Source of the DNA: Vitrella brassicaformis CCMP3155
Lineage: Eukaryota; Protista; Chromerida
NCBI GenBank assembly: GCA_001179505.1
Contig: CDMY01001064.1
Span: 1 to 64,000 of the forward strand
DNA length: 64,000 nt
Reading direction: 5' to 3'
Shown here: positions 11,438 through 24,647 of the stretch, in pieces
Numbering within the stretch: position 1 is the stretch's first letter
Layout: the number at the start of each line of letters is the position of its first letter
Translations under genes and position numbers: made by a program
The notes under the pieces: generated by a model
What the model saw: only the letters and a program-made list of their open reading frames with translations
Told to the model about the DNA's origin: nothing
Database searches by the model: none

Positions 11438-12820
11438 CAGGCGTGTCAGTCCAGTCCATGAGAGCCGAGCAGAGGCGGGTTGGTTTCTGGTCGTGTTTTT
11501 CTTTTGTTCGTCTCCTTTTCACCGTCGCCCAACCAATGAAATGAGCTTTTTTGCCGGTTATCTATCTATCGGCCAGGTGGTGGTGGTGGTGGCGGCGATT
11601 GGTAAATGAATCCATTGGTGCTGTCTGTGTTGGTGAGTAAGTGAGAATAAGTAGGTAAACCGTACAGCCGTCTTGTGCAGATAGATATGGACCATACCGG
11701 AGGGAGGGAGGCAGGGAGCTCTCACTCACACACACACACGTTCGTCAGTCACCCACCCATCCATCCATCCATCCATCCAACCCTCGGTGGCCGGTCTGTC
11801 TCACTGTCTTGATCTCGTGACTGACTGACAGTGACCCTCCGGTCTGAGCGCGTGATTGGCTGGCCAGCGAGAAGCAGTGAATGTATATCTACACATGGGC
11901 GGGAACTGACTGGCAGGCGGGAGGGCGCGGGGCGGGCAGATGGGTCGGGTAGGGTGGGGTCGATTCACTCACTGACTTTTTGCTCGATGGATGAGTGGAT
12001 GGGTCATTTTTCGTATGGGTGTGGGGTGGGTTGGTTTCGGGCTGTCGGCCCGCACACACTGGCTGGGTGGGTGGCTGAACGCATGGGCGTTGTGTGGCCC
12101 TGTCCATAGTCACCGAATGAATTATCAATGGACATGGAACGGCGTATGACGTGGTGGCTTTACCTTTCTCTCTCCTTCCTCCCTCCCTCCCTCCTTGCCT
12201 CCGGTGGTGTGTGCGTCCTTGCTGCCCTGCGCACTGCTTGTTTGTATTAAAGGCGTGGCGGTGATGGTACGCGTGCGTGCTCCAGTGCACCCACATACAC
12301 ACATACATTGCGATGCACCCCTGTTCCTCTCCCTCTCTTCTCTGGACAGAGATGCCACAGCGCACCACGCCATTCGTTCACCCATGCACCATTATTGACT
12401 CACTCACTACTTGCCAATTCATTCAGGTTGACTCGACTTGCTTCTGCTTCCTTGGTTGCTGGCTGGCTTGTTTGTCGGGGGGAGGTTTTGGTGACTGATG
12501 TGTGCTGTCGGCCTGCCTTACCCCTCGTGTGTGACGCGAGTGTGTGTGTGTGCGCGTACTCCAGGTCGGTTGAGTTGTGCATTCATTCATGTGTTGACAG
12601 ATTACTGAAATGCATCCATTGCCCGCTTCTCGTAAGTATGGACAATACAACTCTTGCGCCTCCCGCGCGTTTGTAAACGTCCTTGTCGATGACCCTTGTT
12701 TGGGCGGCATCACGCCATTCAGGCCTTCGTCGGTCACACATTATGGAAATATCGCCCAGATGACCAGGTAGGTCCACCATGACGCCACACACATGAGCCA
12801 GAGAACCCTCCTCTATTCCT

Positions 12821-15800
12821 GTGAACTCGATGGATGATGGGGTCCATCCTCACCCTTGTCTGTGCCCTCTCTGGCAGCTTCGTAGTCTGATCGGAGAGCT
12901 CCAGGGCTGGATGCAGCCATCGGAGTACATCCACGCGCAGATGGAGGCCTCGTTCAACCGTAGCGGCCATCAACACGGCTATCAGCACCCTCCCGCCACC
13001 CAGACGCACCATGAGAACGCCGCTGCCGCATACAGCGGCAACCAGGTGCCAATGGACCATCAGCCGGGGAGTCCGATGCCGACGAGTGTCACGCAGCCGG
13101 CTTATCGCATCGATGACGCCCACTCTCCTGACATGAGAAGACCTGCGGTCACCCAGGCCCAGGGCAGCCCAGGTCAGTTCTCGCAACAGATGGATGGTGA
13201 GTACGCGGCCGCCAATGGGAGCTACTCGTCGCCGACGCAGTCCTACCCCTACGCTCCCCACCAGCACCAGCAGCAGTATCAGCAGCAGCAGCAGACGTAC
13301 CCTCAGGTGGCGCCGCAGGGCCATGTGCTCATCACACAGATATATGACTCTCTCGTCAACCGAGGCGACCGCTCTCCCCTGGCCGGCAGCACCAACCAGG
13401 ACGCCGGCTACCAACAGCACCACCAGCAGCAGCGTGAGTCGACGACGGTGTATGGCGGCATCGCTCAGGGCCATCAATCGCCTCACTACCCTTCCCAAGA
13501 CCACACTCAAGCGGCCTCGTATGGACGACACCCCGGCACGCAGCAGCACCAGCACCAGCAGCAGCCCCAGTACGATGTCTACTCCCCTCCCGCCCAGCCC
13601 AGACACCCACAGCAGCACCCTGTGACCTATCCCCCGCCCCCGCCTGTGGACGACCAGCACCACCGATGGCAGCACGATCCCAAGGCAACCGAGCCATCCT
13701 CACCCGTGCCGCAGCAGCAGCAACAGCACCAGCACCAGCAATATCAGTATCAGGGCTATTCACCAGCGGCGGCGGCTACAGTAGGGGCCTACCAGCAGCC
13801 GAGCTCCCCTGCGCCACCGGCACACGTGCATCCTCAGCCGACGTCATCCGCCTATGAGTATGGCCACAGCCAGGGATCGTCCGTGGCGCCGCAATACGTT
13901 CACCAATACGCGCATCAGACGAGAGCAGCAGATGGTGGTGTGCCGGCCTCCCCACAGGCGCATGAGGGCCACCACGTGAGTCAGATGGGCGATGGGTACG
14001 GGAAGGTCATGTATCACACGGGGGACGGCCGTCTGGTGCCGGTGCCTGCTGCGGGTGGGGTGTCAGCCACACACGGGGAGATGGATGGTGATCGGCAGCC
14101 AGGGGTGACGGCCGGGGCGGGCGCTGGGGTGGGGGGAGGGGCGGGGAGGGAGGTCAAACAAGTAGAGGAGCAGCGGGATAGTGACATCTCCTTGATTGGG
14201 TACATTTCAGCGGCGCCGTATCGCCAGAAGGGAGAACAACAACACACCACCGGCACTGGTAAACAAAACGGGAAGCCGCCCGCCTCGTCGCTGTCTCTAT
14301 CTGTCTATGTGTTGATGTGATGTGATGTGTCTGACCCTCTGTGTTTGATTCATTCAGGTGGCGTGTCTGTTGGTCAGATGCCGGCGAGCAGCTCAGCTGA
14401 CGTCGACGGCTACAGCTATAGCACCCGCAACCACTCCCCGGCATACCCCCACGCCACCCCATCATACCCACAGCAGCCGTCCGTCACCGAGCAAGCCTAC
14501 CCACCCGAACCGCAACTCCCGCCCTTCCGGCCGGACATCCCCTCTCAACCGGTGGCGACACCGGCAGCTGCTGCTGCCACTGCTGCTGCCCCCTCCGTCA
14601 TCCCTTGCCTGTCGCAACTCGCAGCGATACCGCCAGTGGCCGTCCCAGCCACCGCAGGTGCCGACGGGCAGCCGGCCGTGGCGGCCCTGCCGTTGAGTGT
14701 GCTGCATCCACAGATGGTGGGGATGGGCGTCAACCCCCTCATCTACTACATGAACATCGCCTACCAGGCGGGCGTGGCCATTGGCTCCGGCAAGGGGGGT
14801 CCTCCGCCCCCGAGCACACTGGGCCCACGGCCACCGGCATACACCAACGGCGAGGAAGCCGGCGACGGCGACGGCGAGGGAGAGGGAGAGGGAGAGGGCA
14901 GCCGCTCGTCGGGCAGCGGCGACGACGATGACGCTGTCAAGGCCGAGGTCAGTGACGGAAGAGCCAGCCAACAAGGGCCGGCCCTTCATGCATCGCATCA
15001 TGCCCATTCGTCTCGTCCTTCTGTGTGCTTCTGTCTGTTTCGTGTTTGTTTCCACCAGGTGCGTCGTCGACTGCAGCAGGTCCATCCAACCATCCCCAGC
15101 AGCCCGTCGGTCCCAGATGGGCCTTCGGCACCACCACCACCACCCCGTTCCAGTAGCCCTGCCGCGCCACCCGTCAGAGCCCTCCCGCGCGCGTGTGCCA
15201 CGCCGAGTGACGCCAGCCGTGTGTCCAACGACCCCTTTGCCACACCCAGCAAACATAGCAGCATCAGCTCCCAGCGAAGCCCACCCAAGGGCCCAGCAGC
15301 AGCAGCAGCAGCCACCACGACGGCCGAGGCGGCGACGCAAAGCCAGCCCAACGGCGTCACAGGCCCACCCCAAGGCACCCCCCACACCCAACAGCAGCAG
15401 CCGGCGGCCGTAGTCAATAATCCGGTGGTTGACCCGGCAGTGTCGTCCCGCACGCGTACACGGAGCAGCACCGACACGGGGTCCGACATCCGTCACGTGG
15501 CTCCTCCCATCCCTCCACCTCAGGCACATCCTCATTCTCACCACCAGTCCCAGCCCCAGCCAGCGGTGGCCAGTGGAAGCTTCCCCCGCTCCAATGACAG
15601 CGGACCCCCCTCCAAGACCACCAAGGGAGCCCGTCTGAGCGGCAGGCATCAGGGCGAGGGCATCCTCGAGACACCCAGAGGGGATGACAGACGGCCCAGA
15701 TTCCGAAACGACCCACCACAAGCGCCGTCGCGCAACGAGCCGAGGGACAGACCCACTGTGCCACTGGGCCAGCGCGACGCGGCACCGACGGCAGACGCCC

Positions 15801-17150
15801 CAGCGACGTTCGACCCGACCAAGGGCCTCCTCCCTCTGCCGGACCCGCAGCCGCCGTCAATGAGCAGACACCGGGGGCCACCGGATCAGCCACAGCCACA
15901 GCCACCTCCTCCACCACCACCACGTGGGGCAGATTGGGGCAATACCAGCCCTCCATTGGTGTACGATGGCCATCCACCGCAGAGATATCCCCCCAATGTG
16001 CGTACTGGCGGTCGAGGGAGGGGGTTGCCAATGGGGCGAGGGGATCAGGCGCACGCTGCTGCGGGTGGTGGGTTGCCTGAGTGGGATGGGTCTGTTGGGA
16101 GCGACTGGAGCCGCGAGAGGGAGAGGGAGAGGGATAGGGAGAGTAGCAAGGAGCGGAAGAAGATCGAGGCTGATCGCCTGTTAGCCGAGATGCGCAAGAA
16201 GAATCGGCAGTGGGAGGAGCGATACAAGGAGGTCAGTCAGTCGAGTCAGCCGCCTGGCAAGGGGGGCCAGTTGATCGGCATGTGTGTCTTTTCTCTCATT
16301 GTGTATGCAGGTGCAGGAGGATGAGCGCAAGGCCAAGGAGGAGACCGCCACGGCCCGCCGGCTGGCCAAGGTTAGCTGTCTGGGCGTTCGGAACATCCCG
16401 ACAGTGGGACTCGACGAGACAGCCGTTCCGCCCTTCTCGCCCTCCAGCGCGGCACCTGCTCCCCCGCCCCCGCCACCCCCGTCGAAGCCACCGCCGCCGC
16501 CACCCACGGAACAGATGCCCATGGCCAAAGCAGAGAGGCGCCAAGTGGAGGCAGATACCCACGCCAGCCCGAGGGTCCCCATCGCCGAGGATTCTCCATC
16601 TGCCCAGCGAGAGCAGCTTCGCAGCGACCGTCTGAAGCAGCAGGAGCACCAGCAGCAGCATGGCGATGCGCCCAACCATGAGGGCGGATCGCATCACCAT
16701 CAGCAGCAGCAGCCCCCGCCGCCGCCACCACCTGCTGCAGCTCATGGTGGCGGTAGTCGGGACCATCTCTCCCCCCAGGATGTCGGAGAAGCTCGCCAAG
16801 CTCGCCATGAGCAGGGTGCCATTCCACCACCTCATCGAGGCGGCCGGGGCGGCTTCCACAAAAGAGGCGGCGATATGCGAGGAAGAGGCGGCCGGCATCG
16901 CACGGACCAGCAGCAGCATCAGGAATGGCAGAAGCTGCCACGGACGGAGGAGCGACAGATGAGGGGCGACGAGCGGGGGCCGGTCCATGCAGAGGAGAGG
17001 GGTCAGATTGTTGGTCGAGGTAGTGGTCGGGGCCGGGGCATTGTTGGAGAAGGGCAAGGGCGGGGTGCGATGCATAGCAGGGGGTCAGGGAGGGGAGGTA
17101 GTGGGGCTAGTGGGGGGAGGGGAAAGGCAGGGACCGATGACGACTGGTGA
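12821..17150 (+). CDS. Large low-complexity (Q/H/P-rich, coiled-coil, RGG-rich) hypothetical protein, spliced; 5' end uncertain
   Basis: Long ORFs 12821-14320, 14327-16324 and 16284-17150 join through GT-AG introns (about 14259-14357, 14947-15057, 16232-16310). Ends GRGKAGTDDDW*. Small upstream exons near 12600-12767 are possible. Confidence 0.75.
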
Positions 17151-17886
17151 GGGAGGGATCGATGGATGGCTGTAGTCATGCATGAGTGCATGAATGGATG
17201 GGAGAACTAGATTGGGTGGGGGCCTTGCCTTGCCTTGTTGGTTTGCTCCTGAGTGAGGGGTAGCATTCGTTTGTGCGGAGTGGGTGAGACCAGACGGTCG
17301 TTGCTGGCTCTGGCCGTGTATGTGTGTATGCGTGTATGCGATTGACTGACGATGATTGCGCGATGGTTGCATGTGTGTGTGATGCACAAGTACACACGAG
17401 TCACACGCACTCGCTCACTCACCCAACGTCAATAAACACACTCAGATGTCTCACACTTTCCCTCGACGCCATCCTCATGATTCATACGTGACGAACGTGT
17501 CTTGATGGCCACCAGATCTGGAACCATCAAGATCCGTTTGCCACCCTGGGATCAATGAGAATGGCACCGAACGACGGCACTGGATCAGATCACCAGACAG
17601 ACACAGACACACATACTACTATATATTTACAGACGTGCCACCCGTAGGCACGGCAGCCGTCGGGTGTGTGTACGCCCCGCTTGCGCGTACCTACGACGTA
17701 CACCTACCTCTCTACGCTCTCATTCTACAGATACATACGAGTTACGGAAAAATCCAGTTACAAGGATGCCCCCTCACTCCCCTCTCTTCACAAAGCCTAC
17801 ACCAACACCGACCGACACTCCCAGCGCTCTCATCCGTCTGTCTGTCTGTCTGTCGAGCTGCGATACATTCTTATGCACACATTGCT

Positions 17887-20041
17887 TCACGTGAGGGCCT
17901 TCCACGTGACGCCCTTGAGCTTCTCTGTGGTGCGCTCCAACACACCGATAATCGCATACTTGCGAACGCCCTTTACGAACACCTCCTGTGGCCGGCCGAG
18001 CACACACATACAGCACATGTGTACTGTATGCGGCAGCCTCTCTTGTGTGCATCTGTGTGTGCAGACGCCAACCCACTCACTCACTCACCCATGCGATGGA
18101 CATGTACTTGTCGAGGGCCAGGTTGTTGCGCCCAGTGATCAGAATCGGCTCATTCACAACTGCACACACGCTCACACGCACATATGCCATTCAGCCGGTG
18201 TATCTCTCTAGCTGGCCGTGGGTGGGTGGTGTTGGGTTGACCTACCATTCTGTTCGAAGTACATGGCGCGGCCGAACCCCTGGCCTGGATTGCATTGCAC
18301 GCACCGACGACAGAGAGCAAGAGAGACACACATACATGCGACCAATGCTGCAGCGTCATTTTGTCAGCTGTCTGTCTGCTTGTGTGTGTGTGTGTGTGTG
18401 TGTACCGCTGCCCCAGATGTGCGGGCCGTGCCTGTAACATATTACAGATAAACACGAGGACGGGAGCACATACATGAATGGAGACCCCGACCCCCTCCTT
18501 ATCCCTCCGTCGCCTCTGACCAGTAGTGTTCGAGGAGGTATCTGTGGTAGTTGTTTTCCATCTCCAGTCCGTTCCGCGGGTTCCCACTCGTCAGGAAGTC
18601 CATTGTCCCAGGGTAGCCCTCCACCGGCTCCAGCCGCACCTTCTCCATGAAGTGGTAGAAGTCGGTCGTCGGCCGCAAGTCGAGGGTCATCTTGGAGGTG
18701 CCGTATAGTGTCTGGTCGGAGCCCCAGATCTCCATTTCGCCCTCCCAGGTCTGCTCGCACGGGTCGTAGAGGAACGGCTCGCGGCCCTCGACCTCCTGCT
18801 CCTCGAGCAGCGCCTCGATGCGATCCCGAGTCTTGTTGGTCGTGTCCGAGTAGTAGTCGTCGGCACGGAAATACATACCCTGAAATACAATACATGGGTG
18901 GTGGTGGTGAGTGAGGGAGAGAGGGAGAGAGGGAGTGTGATGTGTGGTGTGGTCGTGTGTACCTACCGTGATGGCGTATTTGAGAGTGGGTCCTTCGAAC
19001 TGTAGGTTGCTGTAGGTCTGCGTCACGTTGTCGGGGAATATCTGAGTCCAGAACCGAAGATTGCCGCGCCAGTTCTGAACACACACACACACACGCACAG
19101 ACACACAGATAGGCAAATGCGTCAACACATGAGTGTGGGTGGGATGGGATGGTGAGGCTTCAGCTAGCTAGGTTGTGTTGCCTTAAGCCTTGCCTGGTTG
19201 TAGGTGTGTCCGAAGCAGATGTTGCCGAAGGGCGAGCCGAAGCCGTACACGTCCTTGCCCTGATAGATGCGGTCATCGCCGATGTTCTCCGTCATCAGCT
19301 GCAACACCTGCACACACCACACACAACACGACACAACACAAGGAGGCACTTCATCCATCCACACCGTACCGTACCCACACCCACACCCACACCCGCACAG
19401 AGAGAGGCTGGGCTGACCTCGAATTCCTGCAGTTTGCCCCTGTTAGGTACGAGGTAGAGTGTCTTGACGTTGGCTCGGTCGCCCATGCCGATCTGCACGT
19501 CCCGCCTGGCCGTGCACTTGCCCAGGTAGGTGCCGTCGTGGGCGAACACCGACGGCCTCCCCCACCACACGCCCTCACCTATCTCCTTCTGCCAACGATC
19601 GGCTGCATGCCATGCACAATGCATTGATGGATGGGATGGCAGCACACACACGCAGAGAGCACAATGGAACGAACAGATTAACTCGTGCCTCACTCCCTCA
19701 CCGAGGCCGGTGTACCCCGCCGCCCAATCGCGGACTTTAGGATTGGCTGCCGAGAGGACAGACGAGGACTCGATGCGCACCGCCACCTCATCCCCATCTC
19801 CTCTCTGTCTGGTGGGGAAGGCATTCTCGTCAGAAACACCAGACGATGGCTGGCGGGGCAGCGGAGGGATGAAGCTGCTGCCTGCGGCTGCATGCTTGGG
19901 CGGGCTGGACAAGCGGCCGTGCGGAGGGGCAGATGAGGAGTGGCGCGATGGTGAGAGAGCGCTGCATGGCCTCGGCAGATCAGGGAGCAGGAGCAGGAGA
20001 GATGCGGCGAGCAGCGCCAAGATCAAAGAGGCCGAGCCCAT
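17887..20041 (-). CDS. Secreted or plastid-targeted hypothetical protein with two tandem beta-barrel-like repeats, spliced
   Basis: Signal peptide MGSASLILALLAASLLLLL. The exon chain stays in frame to ...HYW|HGPHIWGS|GQGFGRAMYFEQN|VVNEPILITGRNNLALDKYMSIAW|EVFVKGVRKYAIIGVLERTTEKLKGVTWKALT*. An internal repeat is visible. Confidence 0.8.
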
Positions 20042-20260
20042 CGTCTGGTGATGACTTGCTCTCGCCTCTGCGGCCTTCACAAATGCCCTGCAGCCTCTCG
20101 AAGCGCGCCGGTGAGGTCCGCAATTCTGAGCGCGCATCTTATCGGCAGCGCGAAGCGAAGCAGAAGGGTGCAGATCTGCCTCCAAACCGCCGTCCGACGG
20201 AGACCAGGCCTCAGGCTGAGCCGAAGGAGTGAGCCTGGAAGCTCACTCAGCTCGAGGCGC

Positions 20261-23200
20261 ATGCGCATCAGCACAATGCGGGTCCTCCTGCTGCTGCTGA
20301 GCATCGGCGTGCTGTGTCTGATCCAGCTTGTCCGCTGCGACGATGAGTGCAGCGGCGCAGACGGCAAGTGCGATGCGGCCGGCGGGTCGGACGCGCTGTG
20401 TGATGCCACGCAGGGAGGGCCCAAGGAGCTGCCGCTGGGCAAGGACACCGTGCACTTTGGCTACTATGACAAGGTGAGTCACCTGTGCCGCACACATATA
20501 CATTTCATGCACGGGTGTCCATCTTGTCTGTCTGTCTGTCTGACTGTCTGTGTGTGTGTGTGTGTGTGCAGTCGATGACACCGAGTCTGCGTGTGTTGTC
20601 TGGCGACGAAGTGTCCGTCGACCTAGTGGCCCCTCACGCATGCGACGACTATGATAAACTCATCGGTCGGCAATCACACACACACAGATAGACAGATAGA
20701 CGTGCAATCCGTCTTTATCTGTCTGTGTCTGTGACTGTGACTGTACATGAATGACGTCAGGCGATGATGCGGCTCTGCAGGGCATCTTCAACGTCACGAG
20801 CGGCGTGCCGCCCTCGATGCGTGTGGGCCACGACATCATGTCCGGCCCCATCGAGATATGCGGCAGCCAACCAGGGGATATCATCAAGGTGGGTGCACAC
20901 GCAAGCCAGCCGCTCCACACGCCCACGCCCATTCACACACATAAGTGGATGGTGGGTGCTTCATGCTGTCTGTGTTGTGTGTTGTGTCTGTCAGGTTGAG
21001 GTGCTATCGCTGGCCCCTCGTGTGAAAGGCCGGAAGGGCTATGGCGTGCAGCGGCTCAGTGCCGACGGCTACCATCAGTACGTCAGCGAAATCAGCAGTG
21101 ACGCGCCTGCCGCTGACAAGAAGGAACACCTCGCCGTCTGGTGAGCGGAGGGAGCCACAGCAGAGCACTCGATGGTGGATGTGTGGGCACCATGTGTGTC
21201 TGTGCTGTGCTTGTGGTCAGGGATTTGCACGAGAGGTGGGGTGAGTGGTCCGCCAACCTGGCGTACTACATGAACCTGCCGACCTTGGAGGGGCCCGACG
21301 GCAAGGAGGCGTCATACCCCGGCACGTGCATCCCACACACATACAAGGGCTTCAAACACACGGTATACACATGAATGAGATGCACCCACACCAGGTGTGT
21401 ATCCATGCTGACTGAAGTGGTTCTGTGCGTCTTGATTGAGACACAGCCTGATTCTCTCGGGTACACTTCTCGAGACCACCTTCACTACACAGTGAGCCTG
21501 CGGCCTCTCAAAGTCAAACTCAGCCCACATATTGGTCGGTCAGCCATGCACAGACACACACACACAGGAAGGGAAGCACACACAACACGCACGGACGCAC
21601 CCACCCCGCCCATATCATATCGTTCCTCCTTCCTTCCTTGACGACGTACAGGCAACATGGGGGTGGCGTCAGCCCGCAGGGGCAAGATCACTGCAGACAT
21701 ACCCAGACCTGGGTACACTGCACAGAGACACACACGTGCACCCTCAGACACACACCAATCTTCTCTCTCTTTCTCTCTCTGACAGTGGTGGTCATTTGGG
21801 ACAGCGTCGGTTGGGTGTGGGCATGACGATGTATTACCAGGTGGAGGTCAAGGGCGGCTTGCTCTCGCTCGGCGCGCCGCACGCCGTGCAGGGCGACGGA
21901 CAGCTCGGCGGCACCGGTAGGTAGCTCGGTCAGACAGACAAGCCAGACAGAGATGTGTTGACCCACACGTACTGCAGGTCTTGAGACGAATCTCCGCGCC
22001 AAGCTGCGGGTATCGCTGCTCAAAAAAAGTGAGTCGGCGGTGGACCAGCGACACATGTGGGGGGTGTCTGTCGTGTGACCTGTGTGCGCCGCGCCCTTGA
22101 TTGTTCAGAGGATCTGCCTGTGTGGCTGTCGGGCCTGTCCTACCCGCTGGGAGAGACCTCGAGTGACTACGTGCTGCACGCATTCACGCGGAAGGACCCC
22201 ATGGCAGCCGCTGACATCAACAAGTGAGAAGTCTACACAAAGGGCAAAAAAGAGCGCCTCCATTCCATGTGTGTGGTGGGGATGATGTCCGTGCAGGGTG
22301 TCCAACTTCGACGACGCCATGGCCAACATCGTCATGACGACGCGAGACTTCCTCATGGACAGGCAAGCCAGGCAGCACACACATCACCACACAACCGACG
22401 TATGTGTCCATCCGTCCGTCCGTCCATCCATCCATCCATGTGTTTAGGTATGGGGTGACGGAGCCCGAGGTGCCCGACATCATCAGCCTGGCCATCGGGT
22501 TCGGCGTCACCCAGGCCACACACGGCAATTGGGGCGCATATGCCACCGTCCCCAAGGCCATCTTCCCGCCCTATGAGGGACTCATCCCGTACCACATCAA
22601 ACACAAGGAGCCATATGGTGAGACCACAACACGAACACAGCGACGATACTTAAAACACACCCGAAGGACCGTTCTTTGCTGTCTTGTTTGGTCATTCATT
22701 GAGTTCAGCCGGCTCTCGCCCCATCGCCACGGCAAGTGGGGCGAAGGCCGTCGAGGAGACCGCCTGCCCGAGTGTGAAGAAGGGCTACAAGCAGGCGCCC
22801 GTGAGTCTGGCCAACGTGCACTGGGGGTACTGGAGCGACGCCCTCCCGCCCATCATGCACATCAAGAGCGGCGACGTCCTACGAGTCGAGACGGCCGGCG
22901 TCCTCAGCGGACTCGATTGGGACCATGTAAGCCACGCCTGCAGGGGCCCTCCACACACAGATGCAGAAGCGTGTGTGTTGTGTTGTGTTGGTGTGTGTGC
23001 TGGATGACATGGCCACCGCAGTTGTGCAGAGGTGACAGCCCGATGGAGGCCATCTTTGGTCGAAAGGGTGACGGCAGCTTCCCTCTGGTGCATGAGGGCC
23101 GGCAGGATCCGGCGATCCTGGGCCATGTCATGACGGGACCCTTCTACGTGTGCGACGCAGACCCTGGGGACATCCTGCAGGTAGGTCAATACAGGGGGGC

Positions 23201-24599
23201 TGTGTGTTTGCGTGCGTGTGGTGATTGATGCACTCATGTCATGTCATGTGTGTCTCACATACAGGTAGACCTGGTGGACCTGCGGCCGCGGAAGAACCCC
23301 CAGGGTGAGATGTACGGCCGGTCCGACAGTGTGGGTATGGGCTACCACCGGCGACTCCCCATGAGGGACGGCACACCTTTCACACAAGACTACGGCAGCC
23401 TATGGTCGGCACGCCAACCACACACACACACACACACACGCACATTCACACGTATGGATGGATGCAGGCAGATCCACACCGACGGTAAGGAGGGCTACTG
23501 GAGCGAGCCGGTGCATTTCTACCCCTACCAGCCCATCACCACCCCAGCAAATGACACCATCGCCGGATTCGACTTCGTCAATGTCCCCCACACCTATGAG
23601 GGCGAGTCGGGCGACGTCCGCAGCTGGGGATGGCGCACAGAAAAGCCCTATGAGTACCGAACACACAGCCAACAGGTGCGTCGGTGCGTGGCGGGGTGGG
23701 TGTGAGGATGGTCTATGTGTGTCTGCCGTGTGTGGTGTGGTTGTGCATCTAATAGATGCGTGTGCCGCTGTTCCCGCATTTCGGTTGTCTGGGTGTGGCG
23801 TCTTCTGTGTACCCCGAGGGAGACAACCGCATCAGCACCATCCCCCCTATCGGCCAAGTGGGCAGCAACGTCGACGAGCGACTCTTCACACGAGACACCA
23901 GCCTGTTCTTCAGGTGGGAACCCATGGATCTATGGACGGATGGATGGATGGATGTGTGTGTGTGTGCGTATCCACAGAGTGGAGGTGCCGGGTGCGCTGT
24001 TCTCTGTGGGCGATGGTCACTGTGTGCAAGGCGTGGGCGAGCTGGACGGCACCGGGCTGGAGTGCAGCCTCGACGGCACTCTCCGATTCAACCTCATCAA
24101 ACAAGGTAGGTAGGTACCTACACACATAATGCACAACACCATCCCACCACTGCACACTTGTCTGTCTGTGTGTATGTGTGCAGGCAGCCGCGGTTACGAC
24201 GGCGGTTTTGCCACGTTGGAGGCGCCCATGGCTGAGAGCAAGGAGTACTACCTCATAACGGGCCTCTCCATCGACAACTTCCTCACATACTTTGCCCAAC
24301 ACGGCCAGGGCAAAGACCCCGTCGGAGCCCTCGCAAAGTAGCCACACCCACGATTCCCCTGTAGCTATAGCTGCACTGTCTGTGTGTGTGTGTCTGTGTG
24401 TTGGTGTGTGTGGTGCAGGCTGACGGACCACCGTGCGGGTGTGTCTGATGGTGCGCTGGATGGGGGCAGGGCAGTGAAGGGCAGGAGCGGCGCCATGAGG
24501 AACACTTACATCAACGCCAAGAAGTTCCTCATGGTGAGTGGCGGGTGGCGGGGCGACACTCAGCCCACGAAACACACACACAGAGCCACACACACACTC

Positions 24600-24647
<48 letters not shown>

